DNA from: Bigelowiella natans CCMP2755
Lineage: Eukaryota; Protista; Cercozoa
Reading direction: 5' to 3'
Assembly: GCA_000320545.1 (NCBI GenBank)
Contig: ADNK01001091.1
Span: 1-64,000, forward strand
Length of the DNA: 64,000 bases
In this document: piece by piece, positions 13,817 to 26,357 of the stretch
How the letters are laid out: every line of letters starts with the position of its first letter
Numbering within the stretch: position 1 is the stretch's first letter
Notes under the pieces: generated by a model
Database searches by the model: none
Told to the model about the DNA's origin: nothing
What the model saw: the letters and a program-made list of their open reading frames with translations, nothing else
Program-made: the position numbers and the translations under genes

Positions 13817-15522
13817 CGTCAAAGCGGCGTGAGAGCGTCTGCACAGGTTTGCGTGTGTGTGTTCATTATGTGTAACCTAGTATGCAGGAAACCCAAAACT
13901 TACAATCGATGTATGAATTATGATCGGTACAACAACAACAACTACTACTTCTACTACTACCTCTTCTTGATCGTTTGTTGGCTTGAGGCTTGGTTCTGGG
14001 AAGGCCTCCTCTATCTCGTCGAGGATGTTGCTAGATTCCCAGACCATCTTTCCTGTGGATTGTCATGTTTCGGCTGCTACATCTCTTCAAATTGCCGCGC
14101 ACACATCATGCATGCATGCATGCCTCCCTCAGAGAAGGCCTGTCATGTGTGCATGTATGGCACATTTCTTATTCAAATTTGAAAACAAAAATAAAAAGAA
14201 CCGTTTATGAGCGCCGCAGGTGTCTGTGCTGTAGGAACGAGCTCTTTGTACCTGTGATTCGACATCGCCGCCATCATCAAACACAGCAAACGTTCCCAAC
14301 ACTCCGACGCAGCATCGCTTATGCTCGTACATCATCATCATCACCACCACCACCACCATAGATCGATCATTACCATTCTGGTTTGTCAAACAGGTCAATC
14401 AAATACTGCTCAAACTTTATGTCCTATATAATCCATGATAGATATACGTGATGAATGTGTTGTAAAGTTAGCACACAGCTCCCAACTTGTTACCGTGTAA
14501 AATTTGATCTTGTGTTTTACCATATTTGCACGTCACCAACCCATACAATGTAATAGAGACGAATAGTCTTTCTTGTAACTAATAACTTCTTGTGACTATC
14601 ATGAATATGCCCCCAACACAAAAAAAGAAAGATGCATGCTATTGTTGCGTGCGGCAACCCCAAGCAGGAACTCTTCTTCGCACTATAGTTCCGAGTAGTT
14701 ACACAACGGTTGGAACTCTTACAAACAGTTGAACGATACATCGACATATAGTCCCCAATTTAACTACGAAATGATTTGCATCATCTTCTATAATATATGA
14801 TCCACCTTTTCAAGGAGTGCTAGCCATACCCTTTCACAGAAGGGACACCATGCATTTGTGTCGCGGTAAAGGATCACCGGCTGGTTTTTGCTCGCCCTGA
14901 AAACATATATTTGTTTGTTAAGTGGAAGACACAGTAGAATAAATCTACTGCAGTAAAGTCTACGATGGGCAATACAGAGTGTATAAACGATGATATTGAA
15001 TCAATAGCGACATCAAATAAAACATATTGGGGAAAAAATATATCGAAACATTCAACCGCGAAGGGCTAGAGGCTATGCTTTCTTCCACAACTCTTCCCGC
15101 AACTGTGGTGGGCGCAACTGGATACTGCCTCACGGTGAAATCACGCAGGATCTCTTTTACATTGGCCATTTCTCCCAGATCCTCCCAGCTTGGTGTGCCT
15201 ATGTAGGAGAATACGAGTTTTGGTTTGTTTAGAATCCGGCATGACGTGGGAATTTACCTGAAGATTTGGGCTGTCTAATATGCCTCATATAACGCCGTGA
15301 ATTTTGCAAAGAAGATAACCTCCTTCTGTATCCTAGCCCTTTCGACGCCTCCTGATAAACTGAAGGAGTCGATAATCGGTTTCCTACTGCCGAACCAATC
15401 GGATGGGTTTCGAACGACCCTATCGTTCGCAACTGCAATGTAAATACAGTCGCGACGGCAAGAGTGCCCAAGAAGAATAGCCTGACATGACTGTTTGAAC
15501 TTGTCGTGGATGTAGAACCCAT
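11491..15522 (-). CDS. Plastid-targeted glutathione S-transferase (CPFC active site; DHAR/lambda/omega-like), multi-exon
   Basis: Hydrophobic leader [17 protein letters not shown] followed by an S/R-rich transit region. Exons: [23 protein letters not shown]; [52 protein letters not shown]; [16 protein letters not shown]; [18 protein letters not shown]; final [22 protein letters not shown]. Confidence 0.85.
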
Positions 15523-15699
15523 TTCTCTTGTTGGATGGCGAAGACCGGACAAGTAATCTGTGCTCTTTCGGTTTTCACCTTGCAATTATGTATAGAGTAT
15601 TTGAGAACTCAAGGAGTAACAATGGACAACCCTCCGAGATGAATTAACTAGTATTAGCGTGTAGTCACACGGGATGCTAGATGAAAGATTCATGTACTT

Positions 15700-16710
15700 A
15701 TGAGAATCACAACCACGTTCCCCTCCACTGGCAGCCAGAGCTTCCACAAGACTCGTATGTGGCGAGGTTGGTAGGAACAGTGCACTTCGGCACTTCTATT
15801 TTAGGAAATTTCAAGGAAATTTCAACTATCGTCTCTCCCACCTGCATGATCTAAGGCAAAAATACCAATAATTGTCCTATTGTTTAATGACGTCACTGAC
15901 CGGTAGTGGCTCTTCCCTTTTTAAGGCAGAAAAGCCAAAAGGAGCCCGTATTGATCTACTCGTAGAATTCCAAAAACGCTTCCCTCGCAAGGCGATAAAA
16001 ATATCCGTGTCCGTGTCATCCGGACCGGCTGTGGCGGGACAATTTTACATGCCGTAGCAAATTCCCTTTCTTATGTTTGGCTTGTTTTGCTGTTTTTACC
16101 TGATGTGAAGGAAAATGTTCTTTTTCTGGGCATGAAATCAGAAGAAATATTTTGTACATTTGTGATGACAATTTCCATGGATTTTAAATTTATGCAAGCT
16201 TACCAAATGTTGCAATGTCGCACCTAAATTTTACACTGACATTTGATAGGCAACAGATTCTCGAATCATTTGCAGAGACTTAGAAAGTAATATATATTCG
16301 TTTTTGTTTGAGGAGCGAATTTCTACTCCTTTTCGCATCTCTCTTCTATGTCTCTTGGAAGCTATCATCCATCAATGTCAAGTAAAACATTGTACATTTA
16401 ATCTCTTTTGTGCAGAAAGTAAAGAAAAAAACCACATGAAAGCGATAATGTGAAGATGCCAGACGATTCTCGCTCATGACAAAGAACTCATGAAAACAAT
16501 GATTTTGTTCGAAACACATTTGATTTAGACAATGATGCCTGACGAAATATGGATTACATGAAAAATTACGCTTCCGGAATCAACCTTTGGAACGTCTCTC
16601 TCAGCTTTATTTCTTCTCTCTTGCCAGTCTCTTTCTTGTTTACTTCCTCCGGAATCCAGAAATATGAGGGAAGACAAGAGAAAATGCCCTCAATTTCAGC
16701 AATCAGGTTC
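15700..16710 (+). CDS. Possible short-exon gene of unknown function
   Basis: Series of short AG...GT-flanked open segments (e.g. AEKPKGARIDLLVEFQKRFPRK at ~15925-15990; ENVLFLGMKSEEIF at ~16111). No recognisable domain and no full model assembled. Confidence 0.2.
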
Positions 16711-17146
16711 ACCACATTTGCCCGTCGCTAGTCAGTTCAATATTTTGACAAATCAAAATCTATTTTCTTATAAATAGCTGACATTTTGTGTCTTTGATAT
16801 TAATTTAGAGTTTACATTTCATTTTTTGGCCTAATCACATTGCCATTTTATGCTGAGCTATAACCTGTCCCTTCGCGTCTGCTCAGAGCGCCTTCCTTTA
16901 AAAAACAAAGTGTCCTTTGTATTGTCATTTTTTTAACTGGAGCTGATGTCGTATTTGTAATTTGAAACCGTTTTGGATACATTTTCTCTTCTCTGTGGAC
17001 ACGTCTCAGCTGAATTCGGCTGAAGCCTCTGGAAGCCACAGATACGCGGCCGGCCTTCACCACACAACACACAATCCATTGTTGTGACCACCCGAAATTA
17101 CCAAGTGTATCCAGCCACACCCACACGTTCTTTAACAACTCACACG

Positions 17147-18388
17147 ATGTCTGGCACAACTGCAACGGAGCGAGGATTAGATGCCCTTTCTGGCTCAGTT
17201 GCCTCCTGGTTGGTTAACGAAAGCCAGGGACCGTCAACTGTCTTGACTTCGGGGTCGATGATTTTTCTCATCTTCTCAGTGCTCTCTGCTGCTATGTACT
17301 GGGCCTTCGAGAGGAAAATACAAAACTTCCTTAAGCACCTGCAGATCTACCAAGTTTTACGAGCCCAGTTTCTGCGTCCTTACGTCGTAAAGGACAGCGT
17401 GATATGGCCAAGATACACGAACCAGCTGGGGAATAACCTTTTTCAGTATGCATATGCAAGGCTCAGAGCGAAGTATCTTGGTCTGAGATTTGCAGCTGGA
17501 CAACTCAATCAAGATGTTTTCCATGCCGACGTAGCCAAGTTGACCGGAAAGGGAGATAAAAGCGGGGAGAATTCAAACCCATTCTCGAAAGCAAGCCCAT
17601 TCGAGTTCCTTGAATCCCAGGCAGATTACAGCGGAGCAAACTACGCCAACTTTTCACAAAAACTTATGTCTCAGTATCCTGAGATGTCACGTGTCCCATC
17701 AAACCCAGATCTGAGGAATGAGGCCGACCGCCAGGAAAAATTCTTGAAGTCCACTCCGAACGCCTTTGCACAGCACATGAAATTCTACGAGAAAGATTGT
17801 GATCTGATCCGTGCATGGATGTGCCCAAGTGTTGAAAGTCACTCTAAGTCAATTGCTCGTGCTAATGCTCTGGGCGTTGGCAGAGACGATACAATTGTAT
17901 TCCATCTTCGCTTTGCTGGTGCAGTCGAGGGAATCTTTGCTGACCCTACCTACCACGAGCTGCCTTTCTCATACTACACTGACGTCCTGCGCCGCCACGG
18001 GAAATGTGCACGAGCTATTCTTGTCCATGATCCCAAGAGCAAAGGCAGTGCCCAAGCTGTCGCTCGGCTGCTCAAAAGCGAATCCCCATCGCTTGAAATC
18101 ACTCAACAGTGCGCTTCACGATGCGATGACTTCGTCGTAATGTACATGGCCAAGAATCTTGCTCTCTCTGTCTCAACTTTTGCATGGTGGGCAGGATTCC
18201 TAGGTCGGAAACACAAGCAGACCATCTTTTATCCTCGACACAAGGCTGTATCATGGTATAACCCAAGACGGCTCAAGACTTGGTACAATCAATTAATGCC
18301 ATCCAACGATGCTGCATATCTCCCAGTTTTCTATACTACTGCGAAGGAGGCCGTCGAATGCAAAGCGAACATGTCGTCGTCAATCTAA
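17147..18388 (+). CDS. Alpha-1,2-fucosyltransferase-like glycosyltransferase (GT11), type II membrane protein, intronless
   Basis: Single long ORF (frame open from ~17014, first ATG at 17147). TM segment MIFLIFSVLSAAMYWAF. GT11 motifs NQLGNNLFQYAYA, VFHLR and DFVVMYMAKNLALSVSTFAWWAGFL. Confidence 0.8.
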   Translation: MSGTTATERGLDALSGSVASWLVNESQGPSTVLTSGSMIFLIFSVLSAAMYWAFERKIQNFLKHLQIYQVLRAQFLRPYVVKDSVIWPRYTNQLGNNLFQYAYARLRAKYLGLRFAAGQLNQDVFHADVAKLTGKGDKSGENSNPFSKASPFEFLESQADYSGANYANFSQKLMSQYPEMSRVPSNPDLRNEADRQEKFLKSTPNAFAQHMKFYEKDCDLIRAWMCPSVESHSKSIARANALGVGRDDTIVFHLRFAGAVEGIFADPTYHELPFSYYTDVLRRHGKCARAILVHDPKSKGSAQAVARLLKSESPSLEITQQCASRCDDFVVMYMAKNLALSVSTFAWWAGFLGRKHKQTIFYPRHKAVSWYNPRRLKTWYNQLMPSNDAAYLPVFYTTAKEAVECKANMSSSI

Positions 18389-18419
18389 ATCGACTTCTTT
18401 GTGTGACGATACGTTCGGA

Positions 18420-18784
18420 GAAGTCCGGGTCTCCATGACTCCTAAGAGAGTCATGGATTCCATGGCGGAAGGAAAGTAAGAAGTCCGGGAACATTTCAAT
18501 GGTCCATGGCACATTTGTAACAATTGTTACAAACCGAATTTAGTATCATTACCAATGCTCGAGTCGAGCTAGACGAAAAGCACAATAATTACACCATATC
18601 TTCAACAAAGAATTTTTAACACCCAGGGAACTTTTTTGTAACTTATTTTAAGCGTAGGTGGTCTACTCCTTTACGTCCTTTAAGTTCCACTGATAAACTA
18701 ATTGAGTTATCGATTGAAGTCCGGGAAACGAATTACGTTTTCATGGCATCGATTGAAATCCGGGAATGTGTCAACATTCCATGG
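18420..18784 (+). repeat. Four copies of a GAA(G/A)TCCG-[stem-loop]-ATGG hairpin motif
   Basis: Copies start at 18420, 18480, 18716 and 18755. Internal sequences differ, but each folds into a stem. Confidence 0.75.
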
Positions 18785-19256
18785 TACTGTTACATAGAGA
18801 TAATAAGCAACAACATAGTGTCTGCATCCTAGATAAAAAAATATCATACTAACATCCGAGGGAGGAAGATATCATCAACCCGTAAATCTTAATATAAGCC
18901 TAGATCTAGATCGCTTCAAATCACACAGGAAAAAAATATTGAAATGTTACAATGTGGTGATAAATTATTTGCGAGGAAAGATCGTCAATTTTCTTGCACC
19001 TGAAGGTTGTGTACATTTTATTCATTTCTCGAAGACTGACTATGCCGGAAGTTAAGAAAGGGCATTTCATGTTCAATTTCGAAGCTAGGCTCTTCATCTC
19101 TTTTTGATTATAATAATGCACATCAAGTTTACTAAAAGATGTTTAATGGCACATCGAATCAAAGAACTGTATCCATGTGGTTACATCCTAATGCATGCGC
19201 GGCGTCATGCTACATGCTACACTTGCACACATACCATCACGATACCATGCGCACAG

Positions 19257-19350
19257 CCTTTAAAGGCTATATAGCGTACGCACGAGCCACATATGTCTCA
19301 CGGAACATGTGTGCCTTTGACCAGGTACGCTCTATATAGCCTTTAAAGGC
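19257..19350. repeat. ~95 bp long imperfect hairpin (inverted repeat)
   Basis: gcctttaaaggctatatag-cgtac pairs with gtacgct-ctatatagcctttaaaggc (2-nt bulge). An inner stem is formed by cacatatgt/acatgtgtg. Confidence 0.75.
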
Positions 19351-19785
19351 TATATATACATGGAGATCAAAGCTAATAATGCTGCTGAACCGTTGCTGCG
19401 CTGCAACAATGACTAAGAAACGAGTGTGTAACCAAGCTAGCAGTTGTACGCTTGACATATGTAGCAGATACAAACAAAAATGTGTATGCTATTCCTTTTT
19501 GCTTGCGTATAGCATGTACTATAGCGTTCACTGTGCTCCTCGGAATTCATGTCTGTAAAGCTAGATTGTGTAATTTAATAATAATAGCTGAAGCAGAGTT
19601 TATCTACGATTGCACGTTCCTTCACCATAACTTTTCGGCAGTAACTATAACCAAACATATATATCTAGCATAAATGTGTATATGTTACGTATTGATGTGC
19701 CTGCTGCGTAGATGGATCATCTATCACTAGATCATCTCGTTCACTACTGCTAGACTGGTATGTCGGAAAGAGTGGGAACGGTTGA

Positions 19786-21950
19786 CTATTTGCCCCCCCG
19801 CTCCATCATCAAACGCGCAGTATAATTCATTCCTGTGCTCCCTATTGTAATGACCGCAAAAGAAGACGAGATGGAAAAAATTAAGTGATGCGTGTTGCCA
19901 ATTATAGTCGATCAAATACCTATCTTTTTTTTGTACGCATCGGCTGCTGCCTTTTTCCGTTGCATTTCTAACCACTTGCCTTCCAACCGTCGGGATCCTT
20001 GCTTCTTAGCTTTGGATCGCTTGAACTCATTTTCCAAGACATTCTAAAGTGTGAGGAAGGTTAGAATCTGATATTGATTTCTGAGAGTTGGTACACTGAT
20101 ACCGTTGCTTCTCTCAGTGCGCAAATCCATTTTTCGCATTCTTCAACACTTTCAGCATCCATCTCCATCAAAATCTAAATAAATCATTTTCCCGCCCACA
20201 TTTAATTAATAAAGTCCCACCATTGAATGACAGGTTTCTCAAATGAGTTTTAACAGACCTCTCCCTGTGTACTTCTAAGCCTCACAGTCTTACTGCCGTT
20301 TCCTGGCGTAACTGCGGACAATCTAACGAACCGGACAAAATCATACACACACTACACATACATGGAATCGAAAAAAATGGAGTCGAAAGGGGGAAGATTA
20401 CGTATCTAACTGGAGAACCCCTTCTCTCAAAGGCGAGCCCTTTTTCTAAGAGAATTAATGTAACTTTTTCAGTCATTTGCAGGGAAAATGATCCTAGTCT
20501 TCTCTACTCCTCTCTTCGACCTTTGCCAGGGTTTGCCATTCCAATGAGACTTATACATAACAGAAAAAGAACATTGCTCAAAAAGAAGCATAACATTCCC
20601 ACCACACGAGCATCAGAATACGACCTAAATCTGAACTGATCTGGACCCACACCATCTATGATATCGCAATCACATACACGTTTAGATTTCAGCTTAAGGG
20701 AAGATAGATGAAATGAGGTTTTGCTATACATCACAGCTTTTCCGCTCTGCCTTAGAAAACATCGAAGACATGCCAGAGAGGAAGCCTCCGGTTGTTTCAC
20801 AGCTGAGACGAAGGGATTTCAACGACAAATTCTGCAGGAATTACTGTCTATATATTAGACCAAACCTTCGGTGACAGCTAAGCAGCTCGAATGATCTGAC
20901 ATTTCAAGGTTGTTTGAATGAGTTTGCAAGCTAAAGAAACGAAGAGGAGGTCGATATCTACGACAGCAAGAGGGTCAGATTGAGGCATCTCCAAATAAAT
21001 TTCAATTCATATTTATACGTTTCGTTTCTAACATGCAACATTTCCAAAGTAAACGGCCCGCATCTTCTATTGTAGCTTGCAACAGCGCGGTTTGAAACTT
21101 CTCACCCTCCCATTTGCAGAGCTGGAAGAAGATGTTGCTCGAAGCGCCGCCTTCGAACTTCCTCTAATGATTGGCGTAGTTTTTGGACAACAAATCAGAG
21201 CAGCCTTTTCAGGCATCATGCGAAAATGCTAGAAATAGACCTCTCTATTTTTATTGCTTCAGAACCACACGCAAAAAAGCAAGGGAATAATGTTACCCTT
21301 CGAAGATCCGGAAATTATGTCAGAGATTTTCTGACAGCAAGAGTCCGGCGGTAGCGAGTAGGAAGACGAGAGCGGCAGCTGCTCCTCACCTTCTTCTGCT
21401 ACATCTCGGCCAGACCCAAGCTCGGCCATTTCCTGGATTTCTTGCACTAGTACGAGTCCTGGTTGCTCATTCTGCGTCCCTCGATGTTGTTTTGGCGAGC
21501 TCTGTTCTGCTAGCTTGCTCGGTGCACATCTGATAGCAATTTAGACAATATTCATTCGATATTAATCCCATATTTTATGTAAGTAAGCACTCACTAATAC
21601 GAGAGAAGAAGAAGCGAAAAGAATCATTCAAAACTAAAGGGTAGCGAAAATATGGTCTAAACTTCCTATAAAAACTGAAAGCAATACATATTGTTGTGGT
21701 AATCGTTGTCAATCACATTCTTGTTCGTTACAGTCAGTCGTGCTTGCATGTCGTAATCCGTCCAACGCTACGATTAGCTACGGAGCAGGGAAATTATAAG
21801 GAGAATAGCGGAGAAAAGGCGTAAAAGGGTAAAAACGCCCTGCATTCTTGATGACATCAGCGCTACTATGGTGATCATTTCTCGTTTGCCCCCGGAGACG
21901 CAAGGAAAGGCCTTCAGGTTCTTCCCCTCGCCCCCTTTTTGATTTGCCAC
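19786..21950 (-). CDS. Multi-exon protein with C-terminal PH-like domain
   Basis: Exon ILMEMDAESVEECEKWICALREAT matches the PH-domain C-terminal helix. Downstream exons: NVLENEFKRSKAKKQGSRRLEGKW.. and GMNYTARLMMERGGK*. Upstream exons include EEVRRRRFEQHLLPALQMG. Start uncertain. Confidence 0.5.
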
Positions 21951-22312
21951 TAGAAATGCATTCATGAGAAAGTAGAAGTTACATCTTATCGCTAGCTGTG
22001 CTTGCGTCTGTAAGTTGCTCGAGATCATGGGTGCCAAAATGAACTGCTGCTGCACAATGTTCCAGACGGCTGCTGCTTTATGTGGAAAAAAAAAATTGTC
22101 TTCGTTGCACATAACAATCACATGTTTCTACTGCAGATCATATTTTGAATCATTGAAATGTTAGTAAAACATGGCACGCACACACAAACACACACACACA
22201 CACACACACACATTCATTTTTACGGTCCCTTCAGAAAATAAGAGGACGACGAAGAAGAAAGCAGAAGAACGGACTCTTACGAGAGCAGCCGATAGACACC
22301 TTCGATCTTCCA

Positions 22313-25168
22313 ATGTCGTTAAAATTTAACGGACGTGCCTCCTCAAAATTGGGGCTATCATGGAAGATCGTGCCCTGTTTGGCATATAGCACCTGCTCCA
22401 TTTGTATGGTAGGCTGATCATTCCTTCCGTCGTATGGAAATGCCGCACAAGATGTATAGAGGAGGAGGAGGACTTCATGTTGTCCAGTAGTGTATACGGA
22501 TGCCCATCCCGATTTTGTTCAATGATGCATGTCATGTTTCTATTCTTGGTCTCTCTCTTGAATTCCTTTTGTTGTCGGAAATAAACGGCAGTTTCACCGC
22601 TTCTTACACCACTTACCGTTCTGTATTCAGATGCTGCTGAACAAGACCCTAGCAAACAAAGGAGACAAGCTACCCCTTTCCTGTGTCATGCTCGTGCAGG
22701 TACCTTAGAGTTTATGGGAGGGCATGGGGTATAGGGTGAAGGGCGAAGAAAGCGGCACCCGTCATTAAAAATATAAGAATGGCAAGCAATGATGATTTAT
22801 CCGCATTTCCCGATTGAGTAAAATCATGAGGAAATTATATACTTTTAGAATTTCACCTCTTCTGAGCTTTGCTAGATTCCCTGTTGGGAAAGTCAATACC
22901 AAAAGTTTAATTCAGTTCCTCAGCACACCGATATGTAGCGTATCGAAGTGTGGGGGTCCAGAATTCACCGCCGCATAATGATATATGTGCGCTTTCCGTG
23001 CAGTCTCGCTGTCAGCACTCTCTTCTCTTTCTCTGGTGCCTTTGTCTAACCATCTATGATTCAACTACTACTACTACTATTATTATTATTTCTACTACTA
23101 CACCACCCAGAACCTTGTCACTCTTATGCTGATCTACATCTTCGACGCCATTTTGTCGGACAAAACCAAGAATTCGTGGAAAATGAAGATCCCCGCTTTC
23201 AGAGTCAGGGTATCTTGCATTTTATGCATAGGAATATAGCTCTGCCCTCTCCTCTTCGTTTCTCCCTTACTCTCCCGTCCCTCTTCACTAGCTTTCTCTA
23301 CTCTATCGATAATCTCCATTCTTTTTTAACACAGACGTGCATATTGTGGCTTCCCGTGAATATATTCTTCCTCACGATGCTATACAGCGGTTTCATAACT
23401 TTGAATAAGGTCTGCTCCCATGATTGGACTGATGTGATGATGATGACGATGATGATGATGATGCTTTTTGATTATTTGATTATTTATCATTGCTGCCTGC
23501 TGCTGAAACAGCAGCATTAAAACTGTTACAACGACGAACCTACCTACTACGAACATGCCAACCTGTATGATCACAAATCTTCAACAAAATTTCGTTGCAG
23601 CAACCATTCCCTTTCCTCCACCAATCCCCCCCCCCCCCCCTTCTCTCTCTGCGTGTGTGTGTGTGTGTGGTCGCCACTTGCCCATCATCATCTACCTTAT
23701 ACAATCAGGTGTCTGTGTCACTGGTGTCGGTGTGCAAGAACGTAACAAACGTTTTCACGACGATGGGCGATCGTCTTCTCTTCGGAGAACCTGTGTCCCT
23801 TCGAGTCATCTTTGCGCTTATGCTGATGATACTGGCGGCGTACATAGGTAAACAATGCCGTGAGCTCCTCCTCATGTCCTAGAGCATAGTCGTTGATGTG
23901 CTTGCGACGGATATTTAACGATACTACCCATAAATTTATTCGTAATATTTGTATCTGGGTAGGGACAGGTTGTAGGAGCAGTCAGCAGTAGTAGTAGTAG
24001 TAGTAGTAGCAGCACTCCATTGAGTATTATGAGTATCAGTGGCTCTCCCCTCCTCCCTTCACACGATCGATAAACTAACTCTGTGTCTTGCGCCTTAATT
24101 CTGTTCCAGGTGCCGCCGACGAGCTCTACATAAATAATGATGAATTCAACGTTGTGGTAAGTGAGAGAGAGAGAGAGAAGGGGAAGGAGGCGGGGAGTAG
24201 GGGGGTGGGACTAAAATAATCACCCCTCTTCTTTTCATATTTGGTGTAACATGGTCTCATTTTTTGCCTTTGGTGTCTTTGGATACTCGTGTTGTTGTTG
24301 TTATTGTTTTTACCGACGACGATGATTTAAACCTTCAGGCGGCCATTGCGATGTCAGTTAACTGTCTTAGCACGAGCGCGTATGGTCTCCAGATTAAGAT
24401 GTCCCAGAAAAAAACTAAGCTGTCCCCTTACGGGTCCATTAATATCATCATCATACATGCGAATCATTTACGACTGCTTTGTACATGCATGGAACTCTTC
24501 TTACTTGATCGAGAGATGTGATGACGACGACGACGACGACGATGATGATGATGATGATGATGATGACCATGGGACACAAGCAGCAACTACTACAACAACT
24601 ACTACAGTAATAACTACTTCGAAAGCCAAGTGTGATCATGATCTGTCTGTGATGATCCACAGTTGGGAGTGCATGATCTCTGCCCTCATCCTATCTCTCT
24701 CTCTTCTCTCTGCTTTATTATCCTTCAGATGCACATTTTACAACGCCCTTGCTGCCACGCCAATATGTTTCTTCTGGACGCTAAGGTAGTAGTAACAATA
24801 ATAAGTATGATGATAATGTCAGTTGTCTCACAATCATAATCATCACTATCATCGTCGTCGTCGTCGTCGTCATCATCATCATCATCATCCTGTTTCCCCC
24901 TACTACCTACCACGAATAGCACTGGCGAGCTGCAGCAATTTATTAGCCACCCGGGACTCACGGAACCACGATTCCTATGTAAGAGAGAGAGGCGGAAGGG
25001 GGGAATGCTTAGTGGGAATGGGGGACCGGGAAGGAAATGGGAATCGGGAAGAAATTGCCTATATTTTTGGTCCCCTCGCTTGGTAGGGGTGTTCCTCTTC
25101 TTGTCGATGTGCTGCACCGCTTTTGCTACCCTTGCTATATCATCGTCGTTTTTGTCATCGTCTTTATG

Positions 25169-25202
<34 letters not shown>

Positions 25203-25483
25203 TTACTCATCATCAGTCTCCTTGATCATGTCGTCGCTGATCGGGTTTGGTATCGGTTTCTCCGTCTTCTGGTGCATATCAGCAACGTCCCCCACCACAT
25301 ATGCTATGGTAATACTAGGGGTGGAGGGGGAGGGGGGGGAAGAAGCTTGAATATCATATGCGGTGTACTACATCTATCATCAACAGTAGACATCGTGCAG
25401 TCATTATAGTCTCTCTCATTAATAAATATCGCTCATCATCATCGTCGCCATCATCGTTATGATCTTATCGTTGTCATCGACAT

Positions 25484-25527
<44 letters not shown>

Positions 25528-25603
25528 GGTCGGGGCGGCGAATAAGATCCCTCTCTCGCTGATGGGAATCGTGTTGTTTAGGTAGAAGAAAGTGTTGATG
25601 AGC

Positions 25604-25636
<33 letters not shown>

Positions 25637-26145
25637 AATGATGATGTTAGTGGTGGCAGTGTTACGATTACTATTACAGTATTGACTTGCCGAGGCTTTC
25701 CTCTTACTTATCAACGTACACGCTCTCCTGATGCTGTTGTAAGTAAATGATCCAACTCATCTCCTCCTTGTAGCGAACCGATTACCGTTCCACGTGTACT
25801 TTTCATTTCTGTTGGACTTCTTGCCGGCATCGTTTATGCACACGCAAAGGTAGTGATAGTTTCATTGATTTGTGGCGTAGTTCTCCAAGAATGGTGAAGA
25901 TGCCGATGATGATGATAAAGATGATGATAACATTTAAAAGAAGAAGAAGAAGAAGAAGAACCTGGAAGTCGACAACACGAGATCAATTTAGATGAAAATA
26001 GCAGCAATTATCATTATGATTTGGGTAGATAATATTGCATGCTCGCTTATGATTAAACTCCTGCATCGCGAATGTGGAACACTGGCGTCGTGCGTATCAT
26101 TCCTGGGCGATTCCTTTATATCTCTTAACATTTACGTGATTGTGT

Positions 26146-26185
<40 letters not shown>

Positions 26186-26357
26186 GGCATTGCTCAAAGA
26201 ACAATCAGCAAAGAAGAATGATGACAATAATAAAGGGACCACAAAGAAACCCGTATCTGACGTGGTCGTGGAGAAAGTGGGAATGGGTAAACTCAATGGG
26301 GGCGGCACCAATGGCTGTGATGGTCTCATCTCGAACGATAAGCAACAGCTGTCGTGA
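22313..26357 (+). CDS. Golgi GDP-sugar (GDP-mannose/GDP-fucose) nucleotide-sugar transporter, GONST/VRG4-like
   Basis: Spliced exons: KIVPCLAYSTCSICM/MLLNKTL..VMLVQ/NLVTLMLI../TCILWLPVNIFFLTMLYSG/VSVCKNVTNVFTTMGDRLLFGEPV/MSVNCLSTSAY/FYNAL/GFSVFWCISATSPTTYAM/GAANKIPLSLMGIVLF (GxxNK GDP motif)/GLLAGIVYAHAK. The true start may lie slightly upstream. Confidence 0.85.

Noticed and set aside
18415-18436. GGAGAAGTCCGGGTCTCCAT resembles the bacterial RNase P RNA CR-I region (GAGGAAAGUCCGGGCUCCAU)
   Set aside because: No complementary CR-V/P4 partner found, and the motif is repeated four times as short hairpins.
18420-18784. Repeat-spacer appearance suggesting a CRISPR-like array
   Set aside because: Eukaryotic context, repeats only ~10 nt, irregular spacing, self-complementary 'spacers' and no cas genes.
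22326-22655. Minus-strand ORF 22326..22655 as part of the PH-domain gene
   Set aside because: It is antisense to clear first exons of the nucleotide-sugar transporter (PCLAYSTCSICM/MLLNK).
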